Shown here: positions 49,126 to 59,648 of the stretch, in pieces
Position numbering within the stretch: the first letter of the stretch is position 1
Layout: every line of letters starts with the position of its first letter
From: an uncultured Candidatus Saccharibacteria bacterium
GTDB taxonomy: Bacteria; Patescibacteriota; 4484-211; JAGQKX01
Length of the DNA stretch: 64,000 nt
Assembly (NCBI GenBank): GCA_964392315.1
Contig: CAYMOT010000003.1
Span: forward strand, 3,665-67,664
Direction: 5' to 3'
The notes under the pieces: model-generated
What the model was told of the DNA's origin: nothing
Database searches by the model: none
The model's input: only the letters and a program-made list of their open reading frames with translations
Translations under genes and position numbers: made by a program

Positions 49126-50313
49126 TTATACACTTTTTATGATTTCACCAACTTGTCTAATATTCTTGTTCATATCAAACCGCTTTTGTACATACAAGAC
49201 AGCATTATATTTGATTGCTGCCAACTCGTCTTTTTTCTTGATTATTTCTCCGATCGTACTTGCTAATGTTTCAGCATTACCTGGTGGCACAAGCCACCCA
49301 ATCCCACTCTCAGCAATTACTTCATGGAAGCCGCGGACATCACTGCAAATACTTGGCACACCGCATGCCATCGACTCCAATAATACGTATGGTAGACCTT
49401 CCGCACGACGCATACTCGGAAAGACAGCAATATTCGCAAGATTATACAAATATGGTGCCTCTTCGGATGAAACACGGCCAAGAAAGAACACCGATTGTTC
49501 TAATGAATCATGTTTAACAAACTGTTTCGCCTCTTCCATATACTCACCTTCCCCAACTACAAGAAATCTAATCGGTTCTGTCTTTAAGTGACGTGCTGCC
49601 TCCATGAGTATATGAACACCTTTTTCCTTGGAAATTCTACCTATACTAATTACTGTAAATCGCTGATCTTCGGACCAGTGATGAAATTGTTCAGGGAATT
49701 CCGCCTTATTCGACATTGGCCTAAACTTCTCTGTATCGATACCATTCGGAATAATACGAATTTTATTTTTGATCGAAGGATACAATCGCTCAAGCTCTCT
49801 TTTTACGAGATCCGTAATTGCCACCACTACTTTAGTGCGTCGCAGTAGAAGAGTATCAATAAAAAAGAACACTGAGAGTTTTACAATACCAAAGATTGCT
49901 TTCGGATTTGGTAAGCGATAGAGCTTTGAACGGATCTCAGTCAATACATCCCCGTGTGCGATATAGATACAAGGAATTTGTTTGGAGAGAGAATTTGCTA
50001 AATACGAATATCCAGAGGTTCCTTCACTTATAACACAATTAACCGTTGATTCTTGATGAATTTTTCGTATCTCGTCTAAGCACTTCCACCACCAGTTTCC
50101 AAATATTCCAAATGTTATCCATGAATCGGTCGCGTGTATCGTAACGCCATTTTCCTCCTGCAATCCAAAACTTTGGTTATCACGACGTGTTGTTACCACG
50201 TGCACTTCATGACCATCTCGTGCAAAAAATTCTGCAACATTTTTTGCGTGCGTTTCCATGCCTCCAGCGTGACGATGAAAGGGATAATATCGCGTTAATA
50301 CAATAATTTTCAT
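49126..50313 (-). CDS. GT4 glycosyltransferase
   Basis: MKIIVLTRYYPFHRHAGGMETH and C-terminal AEGLPYVLLESMACGVPSI. Confidence 0.7.
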   Translation of the reverse strand: MKIIVLTRYYPFHRHAGGMETHAKNVAEFFARDGHEVHVVTTRRDNQSFGLQEENGVTIHATDSWITFGIFGNWWWKCLDEIRKIHQESTVNCVISEGTSGYSYLANSLSKQIPCIYIAHGDVLTEIRSKLYRLPNPKAIFGIVKLSVFFFIDTLLLRRTKVVVAITDLVKRELERLYPSIKNKIRIIPNGIDTEKFRPMSNKAEFPEQFHHWSEDQRFTVISIGRISKEKGVHILMEAARHLKTEPIRFLVVGEGEYMEEAKQFVKHDSLEQSVFFLGRVSSEEAPYLYNLANIAVFPSMRRAEGLPYVLLESMACGVPSICSDVRGFHEVIAESGIGWLVPPGNAETLASTIGEIIKKKDELAAIKYNAVLYVQKRFDMNKNIRQVGEIIKSV

Positions 50314-51473
50314 AATAGAGTCTTAAAAACATCAATATACTTATGGGCTATTGATTCCCATGTATACTGCTGCGCTTGCGTACGAGCTTTTCTACTTGCT
50401 TCCTTCATAAACTCCCTATTTACTAAATATTTTTCTAATGCCTTTGCAAGCGAATCGTGTGAAACGGGAACATCCAGAACAACCCCTTCATCCCCGATAC
50501 AAAATGAAGCACCTACCTCACGTGTGGTAATCACTGGCAAACCTGATGCCATCGCTTCGAGCACCACTAATGCAAACGCGTCCATTTTAGATGGAAATAC
50601 AAATAAGTCCGCTGCTTGGAAATAAGGTGCCACTTTTTTTTGAGTACCCAAAAAGTGTATACGCTGATCAACCTCTAGATCTTTAGCTCGTGAGAGTAGT
50701 TTTTCTTTTCTCACTGTATCCTCACCTACTACTGCCAAATGTACTCTTTTTTCAAATCGTGGAAGGACTTCAATAATCTCGGGCAACCCTTTTCGTTCAT
50801 ATTCGTATCCGACAAATAACAACAGAAAATCAGAGTCTGACAATCCTATCTCTGCTCTAATGGTGTTTCGTTGTTCAGCATTTGGTTTGAATTCTTCAGT
50901 ATTTACCCCATGAGGAATAACAATCGGTGGGGTATCTTTCAGGAAAGGATAAACACGAATCATATCCCGAGCTACTACGTCAGAAATAGCGGTAAGTAAC
51001 CTACCAAACCGATACGCATACCACTCTATAAATAAGATCCACCAATGAATCGGATTTAATAACCAGAGAAAATCTCTATTTTGTGTTCTAAGCAGAATCC
51101 ATGCTCTATGACAACTTTGTGCAGTATAAACACAATTCGCAAGGATTTGACCTGCTGGAGAATACACAATGTCATACCTGTTTTTATGAAACAACAAATA
51201 CAATGACGCACTTATAGAGAAGGAAAAAATTTCAAGCGCGTAACTCAATTTAGCAAGATATCCACTTCCGGGAATTCTCAAAATTGGTACACGAACAAAA
51301 CGTATAGGCAGGCCTTCAGGGATATCAATGTGCGTTTCTGCGGTATACACGGTTACCTCGACCTCTTGGTGTTTTGCCCAATTAATAACCAATTCATACG
51401 TTGAGCGCGGAACTCCTCCATAACGGTGAAAAGTACGGACTGCACAGGCTACTCGAAGAATTCGATTATCCAT
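50310..51473 (-). CDS. GT4 glycosyltransferase
   Basis: GT-B fold with C-terminal FALVVLEAMASGLPVIT. Confidence 0.7.
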   Translation of the reverse strand: MDNRILRVACAVRTFHRYGGVPRSTYELVINWAKHQEVEVTVYTAETHIDIPEGLPIRFVRVPILRIPGSGYLAKLSYALEIFSFSISASLYLLFHKNRYDIVYSPAGQILANCVYTAQSCHRAWILLRTQNRDFLWLLNPIHWWILFIEWYAYRFGRLLTAISDVVARDMIRVYPFLKDTPPIVIPHGVNTEEFKPNAEQRNTIRAEIGLSDSDFLLLFVGYEYERKGLPEIIEVLPRFEKRVHLAVVGEDTVRKEKLLSRAKDLEVDQRIHFLGTQKKVAPYFQAADLFVFPSKMDAFALVVLEAMASGLPVITTREVGASFCIGDEGVVLDVPVSHDSLAKALEKYLVNREFMKEASRKARTQAQQYTWESIAHKYIDVFKTLL

Positions 51474-51494
51474 AATTCATACATTAGCACAATA

Positions 51495-52796
51495 TCATTC
51501 CTCCCCACGAGCAACAATGACATGTGCGTACGTGACAAGAGTGATAAACGGAATTGCAACACCAGTTACAAAAAGTGGGGTGGCAACATTATCTATCAAA
51601 AAAGCAATAATTGTCGAAAAAACGCCGGCCACTACTGCAAATGACACGTCCACTTTCCTTGTTTTTCGCTTTATCTGTATATATTTCCATAAAGGTCGAA
51701 CCATGAAGTAAACAACAGCAAAAAACAAGATCAAGCTCGGCAGGCCCGTTTCCGCCGCGATATTTAAATACAAGTTATGTGCAGTATCTTGCTGGTATGA
51801 AACATAATCCTGAATGCGTAACGCAAAATTACCAGCCCCCACTCCCACAAGAGGATAATCCTTCATCATGCCAAACGATGCTTCCCATAGCACAAACCTT
51901 CCTTCTCCTCCCGTTATTGCTGAAAAAAATACTTTCTCTAGTGCATATCGTGGAATGGGAACGCTAATAATAATGGACGTGATGAGCAGGACGAACCCAC
52001 CAATAATCCCCCCGCTATACAGTGTTCGTGTCGTGCTTGGAGGATAGACATACACAAGAAATGTTCCTGCAATCAACACCCCCAGCATCGCTCCCCGGGA
52101 AAAAGAAGCAATGATCCCTAACGCGAGGAGTATCAGATACATGCCAAATACAACTTTCTTATTCAGCCGCTTCTCCTGGAGCAAAAACGACAATACAAGC
52201 GGAATCACCAACGTGAGGGCAGCGCCAAATACATTATAGTGACCAAATATTCCGGTTTCACGATATGAAATGCCCAACGGATTCTGATGTAAAAGATGAT
52301 CGACAAGTACTGCTGGCTTCCCTGTCACTATCCACATGAGTACCGTAATTGTTGCAACAATTACGCCTATTTTTGCAAAATAATGTACTGCTTGAATCGC
52401 CTCTTTTTTTGACAGCGTTGTCAGTACCATCAACGGAATAACAATAAAATAGAGGGCATATTGAATGGTCTCCCGTCCTACAACAAAACTATTAGCCGCA
52501 TTAACGACGGAAATTGCCACAAGTGCTATATACCCGAGAGCCGTAAATATAAATAGCGGAATACGAATTGCACCTACTTTGCGGAACCCCCCTTGTATAA
52601 CCCACAGCCCGGCCAAAAATCCAGCTGCCAGTTCCCCTGCTGCAAATTTCAAACCCGATATAATGACAGAAAATGTATTCAGGCTCAGCATGGGCAATAC
52701 GCTCAGGCCAAGCGAGAGTCTCTGGAGAGCAAAGGCAACAGTAATCCCCGAAAAGAGTAGTGCAAGGATCATGCTTATCATTTCAAAGAGTGTCAT
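51495..52796 (-). CDS. O-antigen ligase/polymerase-family membrane protein (Wzy-like)
   Basis: About 11 TM and the Wzy_C-like ASFSRGAMLGVLIAG loop. Confidence 0.55.
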   Translation of the reverse strand: MTLFEMISMILALLFSGITVAFALQRLSLGLSVLPMLSLNTFSVIISGLKFAAGELAAGFLAGLWVIQGGFRKVGAIRIPLFIFTALGYIALVAISVVNAANSFVVGRETIQYALYFIVIPLMVLTTLSKKEAIQAVHYFAKIGVIVATITVLMWIVTGKPAVLVDHLLHQNPLGISYRETGIFGHYNVFGAALTLVIPLVLSFLLQEKRLNKKVVFGMYLILLALGIIASFSRGAMLGVLIAGTFLVYVYPPSTTRTLYSGGIIGGFVLLITSIIISVPIPRYALEKVFFSAITGGEGRFVLWEASFGMMKDYPLVGVGAGNFALRIQDYVSYQQDTAHNLYLNIAAETGLPSLILFFAVVYFMVRPLWKYIQIKRKTRKVDVSFAVVAGVFSTIIAFLIDNVATPLFVTGVAIPFITLVTYAHVIVARGEE

Positions 52797-52840
52797 AAAC
52801 AGCTAATAAGATATTATTATACAGCCCAAGGCTGTTGTCA

Positions 52841-54310
52841 TTATTTTAAGGGTAGTGACATTTTGAAGAAAGCAAAGCCTCGTTTTAGTATCAGCATAAC
52901 CTCAACAATTCTCCAACGGTTAAGGATATAGAGATATACACTGGTTACGAGGAACACAAAGATACCTTTTAATAATAATGAAAATTCTCCCATTCCCAGC
53001 AATACCAATGGTGAGAGAAATAACAGCGGGATAACATTAAACCGCGTAAAAAGTGAAATCCCGTGCTCTTTGTACAGAATCCACACGATAACGAGCATCC
53101 CGACAAGTGCTCCACCGATCATGCCGACGAGGGCAGCAGCAACAGATCTGGTAAGTAAGTAGGTCAAGGGTGTCAGAATCATTGTTATGGTGACCATGAG
53201 TAAACTGGTAGATACAATGTGCTTTTTCATGTTCATAGTCAGGAGTATTTCTGTACGCAATACATCGTAGATGGTGAAACTGAGAAAAGCGATGACCGCA
53301 AGGGGTATGAGCCAAACGCTGGGTGCATATTTTTCCTGAAATACCAATGCTATAAGTTCAGGAGCAAAACAAATGGCAAGTGCTGAAGAGAACGATAGAA
53401 AGGCAAACTCTCTATTGAAAGACTTCACTATCTTCTTTTTGTAATCTTCTATTCTATGCATAAATAGTTCGCTCATGACAGAAAGATTAATTGTGTTAAT
53501 TGCATCGGAGGCAGCAGTTAGTTTATTGCCATAATCAAGAGAGAATGTAAGGAATCCGAGAGCTTCCTTTGGCACAAATAGACTGATTAGCACGACACTG
53601 AGCCGTTGCCATCCGGAGTTCACAAGACGCGATACGTACTCAGCAATACTCAACCCCCAAATAGACCGGAAAATATTTTTGAATTCATTCATCGAAGGCA
53701 ATCGGTAGTTCCAATGTAACGACTTATACATAAAGAAAAGCCCGAAGACCATGACAACAATAACAAGGAACAAGGTTGCATAAAAATATCCATTAAACCC
53801 ATAGATTTTTATAAGAAAGAAATATAGAAATAGGCTTAAGATAGCGGAAAAATTCTCAATAAAAAATACAAGATAGAACTTCTTAAGCCCTTGAAGGGTT
53901 GCACTGATTACCCCATTAATACCATGGAATACAAATACAAGTGCCATAACACGTAGCGGAAACGCCATCTGTGGATAGGAATAAACCGAGTTTGCGATAA
54001 ACCATGATCCTAAAACAAGAACTACCATTAGCGGCAGGCCAACAGATAACCTCGTAATAACCGAAACAATAAAGATTTTATGCGTTTGTGTACTATCATA
54101 CCCACTCGAAACCTCTCTCGTTGTGGCCGCACCAATACCAAGGTTTTGCCCTACACCAATAAAGGACGCAATTGAAACTATGATACTTAATAGCCCAAAG
54201 TCTGCAACGCTTAAAATCTTCATGATGATAATGCTCTGCACTGTCGTCACAGTAACCGCTGAGAACTTCGAAAGAATGCTGAGCAATTGCCATGTGCCTT
54301 GTGATTTCAT
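52841..54310 (-). CDS. Wzx-type oligosaccharide flippase (MOP superfamily)
   Basis: About 14 TM and a polysaccharide-biosynthesis-protein-like N-terminus. Confidence 0.6.
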   Translation of the reverse strand: MKSQGTWQLLSILSKFSAVTVTTVQSIIIMKILSVADFGLLSIIVSIASFIGVGQNLGIGAATTREVSSGYDSTQTHKIFIVSVITRLSVGLPLMVVLVLGSWFIANSVYSYPQMAFPLRVMALVFVFHGINGVISATLQGLKKFYLVFFIENFSAILSLFLYFFLIKIYGFNGYFYATLFLVIVVMVFGLFFMYKSLHWNYRLPSMNEFKNIFRSIWGLSIAEYVSRLVNSGWQRLSVVLISLFVPKEALGFLTFSLDYGNKLTAASDAINTINLSVMSELFMHRIEDYKKKIVKSFNREFAFLSFSSALAICFAPELIALVFQEKYAPSVWLIPLAVIAFLSFTIYDVLRTEILLTMNMKKHIVSTSLLMVTITMILTPLTYLLTRSVAAALVGMIGGALVGMLVIVWILYKEHGISLFTRFNVIPLLFLSPLVLLGMGEFSLLLKGIFVFLVTSVYLYILNRWRIVEVMLILKRGFAFFKMSLPLK

Positions 54311-54311
54311 G

Positions 54312-55484
54312 TTATGTAATTAACTGGTTATAAATTGCCTGGATTGTTTTTGCCTTGGACAACCAATCGTACTCTTCATGTATTCGAGCCGTATCAATAG
54401 TAAGCGTCTGTTGTGCGGTCTGAATTGCCTCAGCAAGCTGTCGAGGGTCTTTCGGGTCTTTCAAAAATAGTATGCTGTCTTTTACAAACGCTCCTGTAGT
54501 GAAACCGGATGCGACTACTGGCACTCCACATGAAAGTGCTTCTATAACTACTTTGGGGAATCCTTCATAGTCAGAGGGCAACACAAAAACATCCGCAGCG
54601 CGAAAGAATTTTGGCAAATCTTGATTAGGTACATACCCATAAAATCTAACACGGTCCCCTAAGTTGCGACTTCCAACTTCCTGCTCAAGATATATTTCGT
54701 ATGCATCATCCCCTCGACCGATAAACCAAACATGCCAATCATCCCCGAGGTGTTGAAGGGACTTGATCAGAGTATCAGGGTTTTTAAGAGGTACGAGCCT
54801 ACCAATAAATAGCGCTACTTTAGTGCCATTTGGTTTCTCAATGCGCTCGCCTTCTGTGCGGAAGATAGTCGTCGATACACCATTTTCGACAACTGTTTGA
54901 ATAGCCGTACTAGGCTTATACATTCTTTGAACCTGCTCTTTCACTGAATCGCTCACGAAAAGTAACGCATCCGCATACTTACAACTCAGCCTTTCCGAAA
55001 TTATGTGCATTCTCATGCCTATATATTTTGTTAAAAATGCCCAAACGCCATTCGGCTTGAAATGTGTATATAACTCTCCACGACTTGCGTGAAAATGCCT
55101 CACAAACGGTTTGTGTTTTTTCCAGGGTGTACACATTCTATAGAAAAGATAGGGCAAGTCGATAAGTGTATGTGAGTGCACGATGTCAATCCGATTCGAA
55201 AGTAAAAACCTAATGCACTTAATAAAAACCATTGGATTGCTGATCCAGAATGGTCCTATCAAAGGAATCCGCTTCGTGAACCTAAATATATGCAATCTTT
55301 CTTCTTCCAGCTCCTTCGGGTTATTCGCTGATCTTGTTATAACTGCTACGGTGTTACCAAGCTGTATCTGTGCCTTTGTCAGGTAATAAGGGCCTGAGCC
55401 GAGCCCATCCCAAGGTGGAGGGAAATCATAAATTAGTCGAAGGATTGAATGCATATGAATAGGTAATTTAGTTAACGTGTTCAC
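54312..55484 (-). CDS. GT4 glycosyltransferase
   Basis: C-terminal YEGFPKVVIEALSCGVPVVAS. Confidence 0.7.
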   Translation of the reverse strand: MNTLTKLPIHMHSILRLIYDFPPPWDGLGSGPYYLTKAQIQLGNTVAVITRSANNPKELEEERLHIFRFTKRIPLIGPFWISNPMVFIKCIRFLLSNRIDIVHSHTLIDLPYLFYRMCTPWKKHKPFVRHFHASRGELYTHFKPNGVWAFLTKYIGMRMHIISERLSCKYADALLFVSDSVKEQVQRMYKPSTAIQTVVENGVSTTIFRTEGERIEKPNGTKVALFIGRLVPLKNPDTLIKSLQHLGDDWHVWFIGRGDDAYEIYLEQEVGSRNLGDRVRFYGYVPNQDLPKFFRAADVFVLPSDYEGFPKVVIEALSCGVPVVASGFTTGAFVKDSILFLKDPKDPRQLAEAIQTAQQTLTIDTARIHEEYDWLSKAKTIQAIYNQLIT

Positions 55485-55590
55485 GAGCAGAGGTATATTT
55501 CATCATTCTTTTTGATCCGCTGTATAACGCAGTATACTTTCTATGGAGCGACTTAACAATTATACAACCTATTGTTAGAATGTCTGCGCC

Positions 55591-57123
55591 ATGCAGCTCA
55601 GGGACAAAAAATACAAACTTCTCCTTATTACCTTCATTATTTTAGGAATATTTGTCAGGTCAGTACACTTACTCAACATAGAATTAAATTTACCAGTCCA
55701 TAGTGGCGGACTATTCTTGTTTTTTTCGGAAAATATAGCCAGTAATGATTTTCAAATACCAAAAACAATTCCTTATTATTCTGAAGGAGGAATTCCTTTC
55801 GCATATCCCCCATTGGGCTTCTATATCATAGCGGTACTAATTACTATTTTCAAAATACCGGGATTTATAGTAATTAATGTCTTACCCGTTGTAATCAGCT
55901 GTATTTCTGTTGGTGTGTTTTATTTTGTATCAAAGTTACTATCCAATTCAAAAATTGTTCAGTGCTGTCTCGTGCTAGTATATTCGATTCTCCCCTCGGC
56001 GTTTCAACAGCAAATTGAAGATGAAGGTACTGCTGAAGCACTAGGTACGCTGGCACTTCTTTTACTCCTGTATTTCAGTATTAAGGTATTCTATTCGCGG
56101 AGAATAAAAGACTTCATTTTACTTGGTATCTCTGGGGCATTATGCATAATTTCCGCACCTGGTAGTGCGTATGCCGGAGCTATTCTTTTAACACTATCTG
56201 GTCACTTACTTCTCATCATTGCACCAAATAAAATGTATACATTCAAAGCATTGATGATTAGTTCATGTATTGTTCTGATACTAACTAGCGCCTATTGGTT
56301 CCCAGTAATAAGAAATCATGGAATAGAAATATTTACAACGACATTGTCAGCGCAACATCCCGATTCAACAGGAGTTTACAAAATAATTGAAACGTATTTA
56401 TCCTTCAATATTTCATCCGCCAAACATCCATTCTTTTGGAATACTCTTATAGCGCTCGGGGCATTTCTAACCATTGCAACAAAAAAGGCGTTTATCGTAA
56501 TAATTCTAGCTATCCTTATGCTTATTCCGCGAGAAAGCCCTTGGCTTATCTCAATTCCGGGGTCGTTCTTAGGGGGTTACGGTTTAGCACATATCATACA
56601 AATTCTACAAAAAGATGCTAAAAAATCTATCTACTACGCAACACTGAGTAGTGTGGTGATAGTCGCATTAGTAAGTTACGGAGGATTGCAGGCTTACTAT
56701 GCTTCGAGTCGAGTAGCTAACTTACAACGGCCAGACCGAACCCGTGCAACATTAGCTGTCAGTGATTGGATTCACGATCACACCGATACTTCAGCTCGTT
56801 TCATAATTTTAGATTCCTACCTTCGAGAGTGGACTCCGAGACTATTCTTACGGACCGTTTTAAATGTCCCGCAAGGTACTGAATGGAAACCTACAGTCGC
56901 AGAGAATATACGCGGATTTAATGAATACGTGTCAGGATGCGTTGAATTACAGTGCGTTTATAATTCTACACAAAAATATTTTGAACGAACCTCTTTCTTC
57001 ATATATAGTGATCAAGCAATAGCAAAAACATTCTTGAATAATTCAGAAACAAACTCTGCGTATAACTACAAGGTAGTATACAAAGAAGATAAATTTTTAA
57101 TAGGTCAGTTTATTGCAAGATAA
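55591..57123 (+). CDS. polytopic membrane protein, possible GT-C-type glycosyltransferase
   Basis: At least 12 TM; GGIPFAYPPLGFY resembles the PMT/ArnT first-loop PPL motif. Confidence 0.3.
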   Translation: MQLRDKKYKLLLITFIILGIFVRSVHLLNIELNLPVHSGGLFLFFSENIASNDFQIPKTIPYYSEGGIPFAYPPLGFYIIAVLITIFKIPGFIVINVLPVVISCISVGVFYFVSKLLSNSKIVQCCLVLVYSILPSAFQQQIEDEGTAEALGTLALLLLLYFSIKVFYSRRIKDFILLGISGALCIISAPGSAYAGAILLTLSGHLLLIIAPNKMYTFKALMISSCIVLILTSAYWFPVIRNHGIEIFTTTLSAQHPDSTGVYKIIETYLSFNISSAKHPFFWNTLIALGAFLTIATKKAFIVIILAILMLIPRESPWLISIPGSFLGGYGLAHIIQILQKDAKKSIYYATLSSVVIVALVSYGGLQAYYASSRVANLQRPDRTRATLAVSDWIHDHTDTSARFIILDSYLREWTPRLFLRTVLNVPQGTEWKPTVAENIRGFNEYVSGCVELQCVYNSTQKYFERTSFFIYSDQAIAKTFLNNSETNSAYNYKVVYKEDKFLIGQFIAR

Positions 57124-57164
57124 GTTCTACCGTAGCCCTTCCGAGTCATAGAAATCTGTCACCG

Positions 57165-58706
57165 TCATACTGTCACTTTTTCTGTGATACTGAAGATGGC
57201 ACCATCGGTAAGTTGTGCGACAAGCCGGACTGTAAACATCGTACTCAGTTCATGTATTGAGTAGTAATCGTGAGCCAGGTCAGCGTTATCAAACTGTACC
57301 AGAACAACACTTCCGCCTTGCCCTACAGCTTCATGTAGCAATTCAATATCTTGTGTAGGTGTAGGTGAATTGTAGTATGTTTTCCTCGGACTGAAATCAG
57401 GCCTAATACGCGTCAATACTCGTATGGGAAACTTGTTATTTGAGATATATGAGTACTGCGGATTACCATTCTCGCGTAACCATTGTATTGTTGCTGATTC
57501 CGTCCATTCAGGTACGGCATACCTATTATTATTCGATATGAGCAAATATTGTATGTGTTGAACAAAAACTTGAGTAAGCGTTACGGCTTGGAATAGAAGT
57601 ACTACATATACAAAAACCCTCAAAGTCATCCAACGAAATGAAGCAACACTGTGTATAAACTGTAAATACAGTATAAGCAAGGAGAAATACATGGGTGACA
57701 ACAGCCGCTCATCGATTGGGTCTACCGGAACACGACTCGCATAGAATATTAAATAGCCAATATATACTGTGAGTAGCACTATATGGGCACTAATTTGGTA
57801 ATTTGTGCAAACGTATGAAATAAGTGTTTTGCGGTTCTTGTATATCTTGAAAGTGAATACTGCAATCGCTATCAACAATAGCAGGATGCCCACGTGATAC
57901 TTGTACGCCTCAATAGTAGGAAACAGCCACCCAAGAAGTATCTTAACGGTACCACGAAAGCTTTGGTATATACTCGTAGTCGACTCTCCGAACTCCCCGC
58001 GCGCAGTGCCGTATACGTAAGTATTCCGTGCGATCCATAGAACAGGAAGGAAAAGACTCAATATCATATATACAAAGCCGTACCACAGTTTCTTACGAGG
58101 TGATATAGCTGAGACCAAAATTCCCAGTGTCCCAATTACACCGTAAACTATTCCTATATATCGTGTTAACGTCAGTAGTGTCGTAATCACGCCCAACATC
58201 AGGACTGATTGCAAAGATTTTTTGTTGAGAAATGTTTGCAAAATACTGAAAAATACAAGCCCTAGTAAAATAAAAAAAGACTCTGTCCAAAGATGCGTAT
58301 GCACAAATAACAATGGATAGCTCGTTGCCAGTAATATGATCCCTATGAACTTAGCAAAGGAATTAATCCGAAGATGGATAATATGCCATGAGCCAATAAG
58401 AATAATACCCGCAGCAATAAGACTATTTAATAGCTTCGCACCAATAATTGGATCGATCCCAGCAAAGTTAATGATCCCTAACACGAGAGGATACAGTGGA
58501 GGCCACGCTACGTAATCGACAAAAAACTGCCCTTCTTTCAGATCCCTTGCTGCCACAATATACGCTGTTGAATCAGGAGAAACACTTATGCCAGATTTAT
58601 ACGTAATGACCAAAATAAGCGTACAAACGGATATTGCAAAAAGGTATGCGATTGTATGTAATACATTTTCTTTCATCGCCCAAGACGGTTTGAGTACATG
58701 GAACAT
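57165..58706 (-). CDS. GT-C glycosyltransferase, ArnT/PMT (GT39/GT83)-like
   Basis: DSTAYIVAARDL...WPPLYPLVLG (Dx..Y..A and PPLYP loop motifs); about 12 TM. Confidence 0.45.
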   Translation of the reverse strand: MFHVLKPSWAMKENVLHTIAYLFAISVCTLILVITYKSGISVSPDSTAYIVAARDLKEGQFFVDYVAWPPLYPLVLGIINFAGIDPIIGAKLLNSLIAAGIILIGSWHIIHLRINSFAKFIGIILLATSYPLLFVHTHLWTESFFILLGLVFFSILQTFLNKKSLQSVLMLGVITTLLTLTRYIGIVYGVIGTLGILVSAISPRKKLWYGFVYMILSLFLPVLWIARNTYVYGTARGEFGESTTSIYQSFRGTVKILLGWLFPTIEAYKYHVGILLLLIAIAVFTFKIYKNRKTLISYVCTNYQISAHIVLLTVYIGYLIFYASRVPVDPIDERLLSPMYFSLLILYLQFIHSVASFRWMTLRVFVYVVLLFQAVTLTQVFVQHIQYLLISNNNRYAVPEWTESATIQWLRENGNPQYSYISNNKFPIRVLTRIRPDFSPRKTYYNSPTPTQDIELLHEAVGQGGSVVLVQFDNADLAHDYYSIHELSTMFTVRLVAQLTDGAIFSITEKVTV

Positions 58707-58786
58707 AAATAGTGGGCAGAAATATATGTCGGATTATACAGTGAATTGGGGAGATTATGCTAAACGAAAGAGCTATGTGCCTTTAT

Positions 58787-59605
58787 TTATTGGTCATTAT
58801 TTTTTGCAATGAATTCTTCGTTTGAGGCAAGTACTTGTTTTATAAGCTTTGGTGAATAACCGGCATGTTCTGCAGCGTGAACGAGCGCATGGACATCTTT
58901 CGGATAACATTTCCCTCCGAACCCTCGAGAATCTGCAAAAACCGCAGTATGCATTTTTTCAATTCGACTATCAAGGAGCCATCCTTCACGGGCTTTGTAG
59001 TAATCAACACCAAACGATTTGCAAACTTCGTACATTTCATTAACAAACGTCACCTTTAGGGCTCCCCACGTGTTTTCCCAATACTTAATGAGTTCTGCAG
59101 TTGTGGAATCTACTTGATAGAAAAACACATGTGGCCCCATAATAGGTATAAACCATTGAACCATTTCTTCGGTATCTTCCGGCGCTCCACCAAATATTTG
59201 AAACTCATGCTTTACCATCTCTGTAGGACTTGGATACTTATGTTCTGGGGTGTAGTACTTGCTTTCACCCATATATTCCGGACTAAACACAATTCGCTTT
59301 TTGTGCTTTGTTTTCAACTTCTCGGTAGTCCCTGGGGTTATAGTGGATTTAATAAGAATCAGTGGAGTATTTAACCATGACAAAGTTTCTTCGACAATTG
59401 AAGTATCACATGATGCATCTTCTTTCATGGGGGTGGGCACACATATTACCGATAGACCACATGCGTTAGCCTCTTCTTTACTCGCTGATGCGACATCTGT
59501 ACTAAACGGGTCATAAATAACCACGTCATATCGGCGAATAAAAAATCGCTCCATAGCCTTGCCCACGTATCCGTATCCAATTATTGCAACCTTTTTCTTG
59601 GACAT
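58787..59605 (-). CDS. UDP-glucose/GDP-mannose dehydrogenase-family protein, short form lacking the C-terminal UDP-binding domain
   Basis: VAIIGYGYVGKA Rossmann, VPTP, and catalytic-Cys region GFGGKCYPKD; only 272 aa. Confidence 0.5.
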   Translation of the reverse strand: MSKKKVAIIGYGYVGKAMERFFIRRYDVVIYDPFSTDVASASKEEANACGLSVICVPTPMKEDASCDTSIVEETLSWLNTPLILIKSTITPGTTEKLKTKHKKRIVFSPEYMGESKYYTPEHKYPSPTEMVKHEFQIFGGAPEDTEEMVQWFIPIMGPHVFFYQVDSTTAELIKYWENTWGALKVTFVNEMYEVCKSFGVDYYKAREGWLLDSRIEKMHTAVFADSRGFGGKCYPKDVHALVHAAEHAGYSPKLIKQVLASNEEFIAKNNDQ

Positions 59606-59648
59606 TTGTCTCGTCTTTATACCATAGTTACTTCACACACTAAAACAA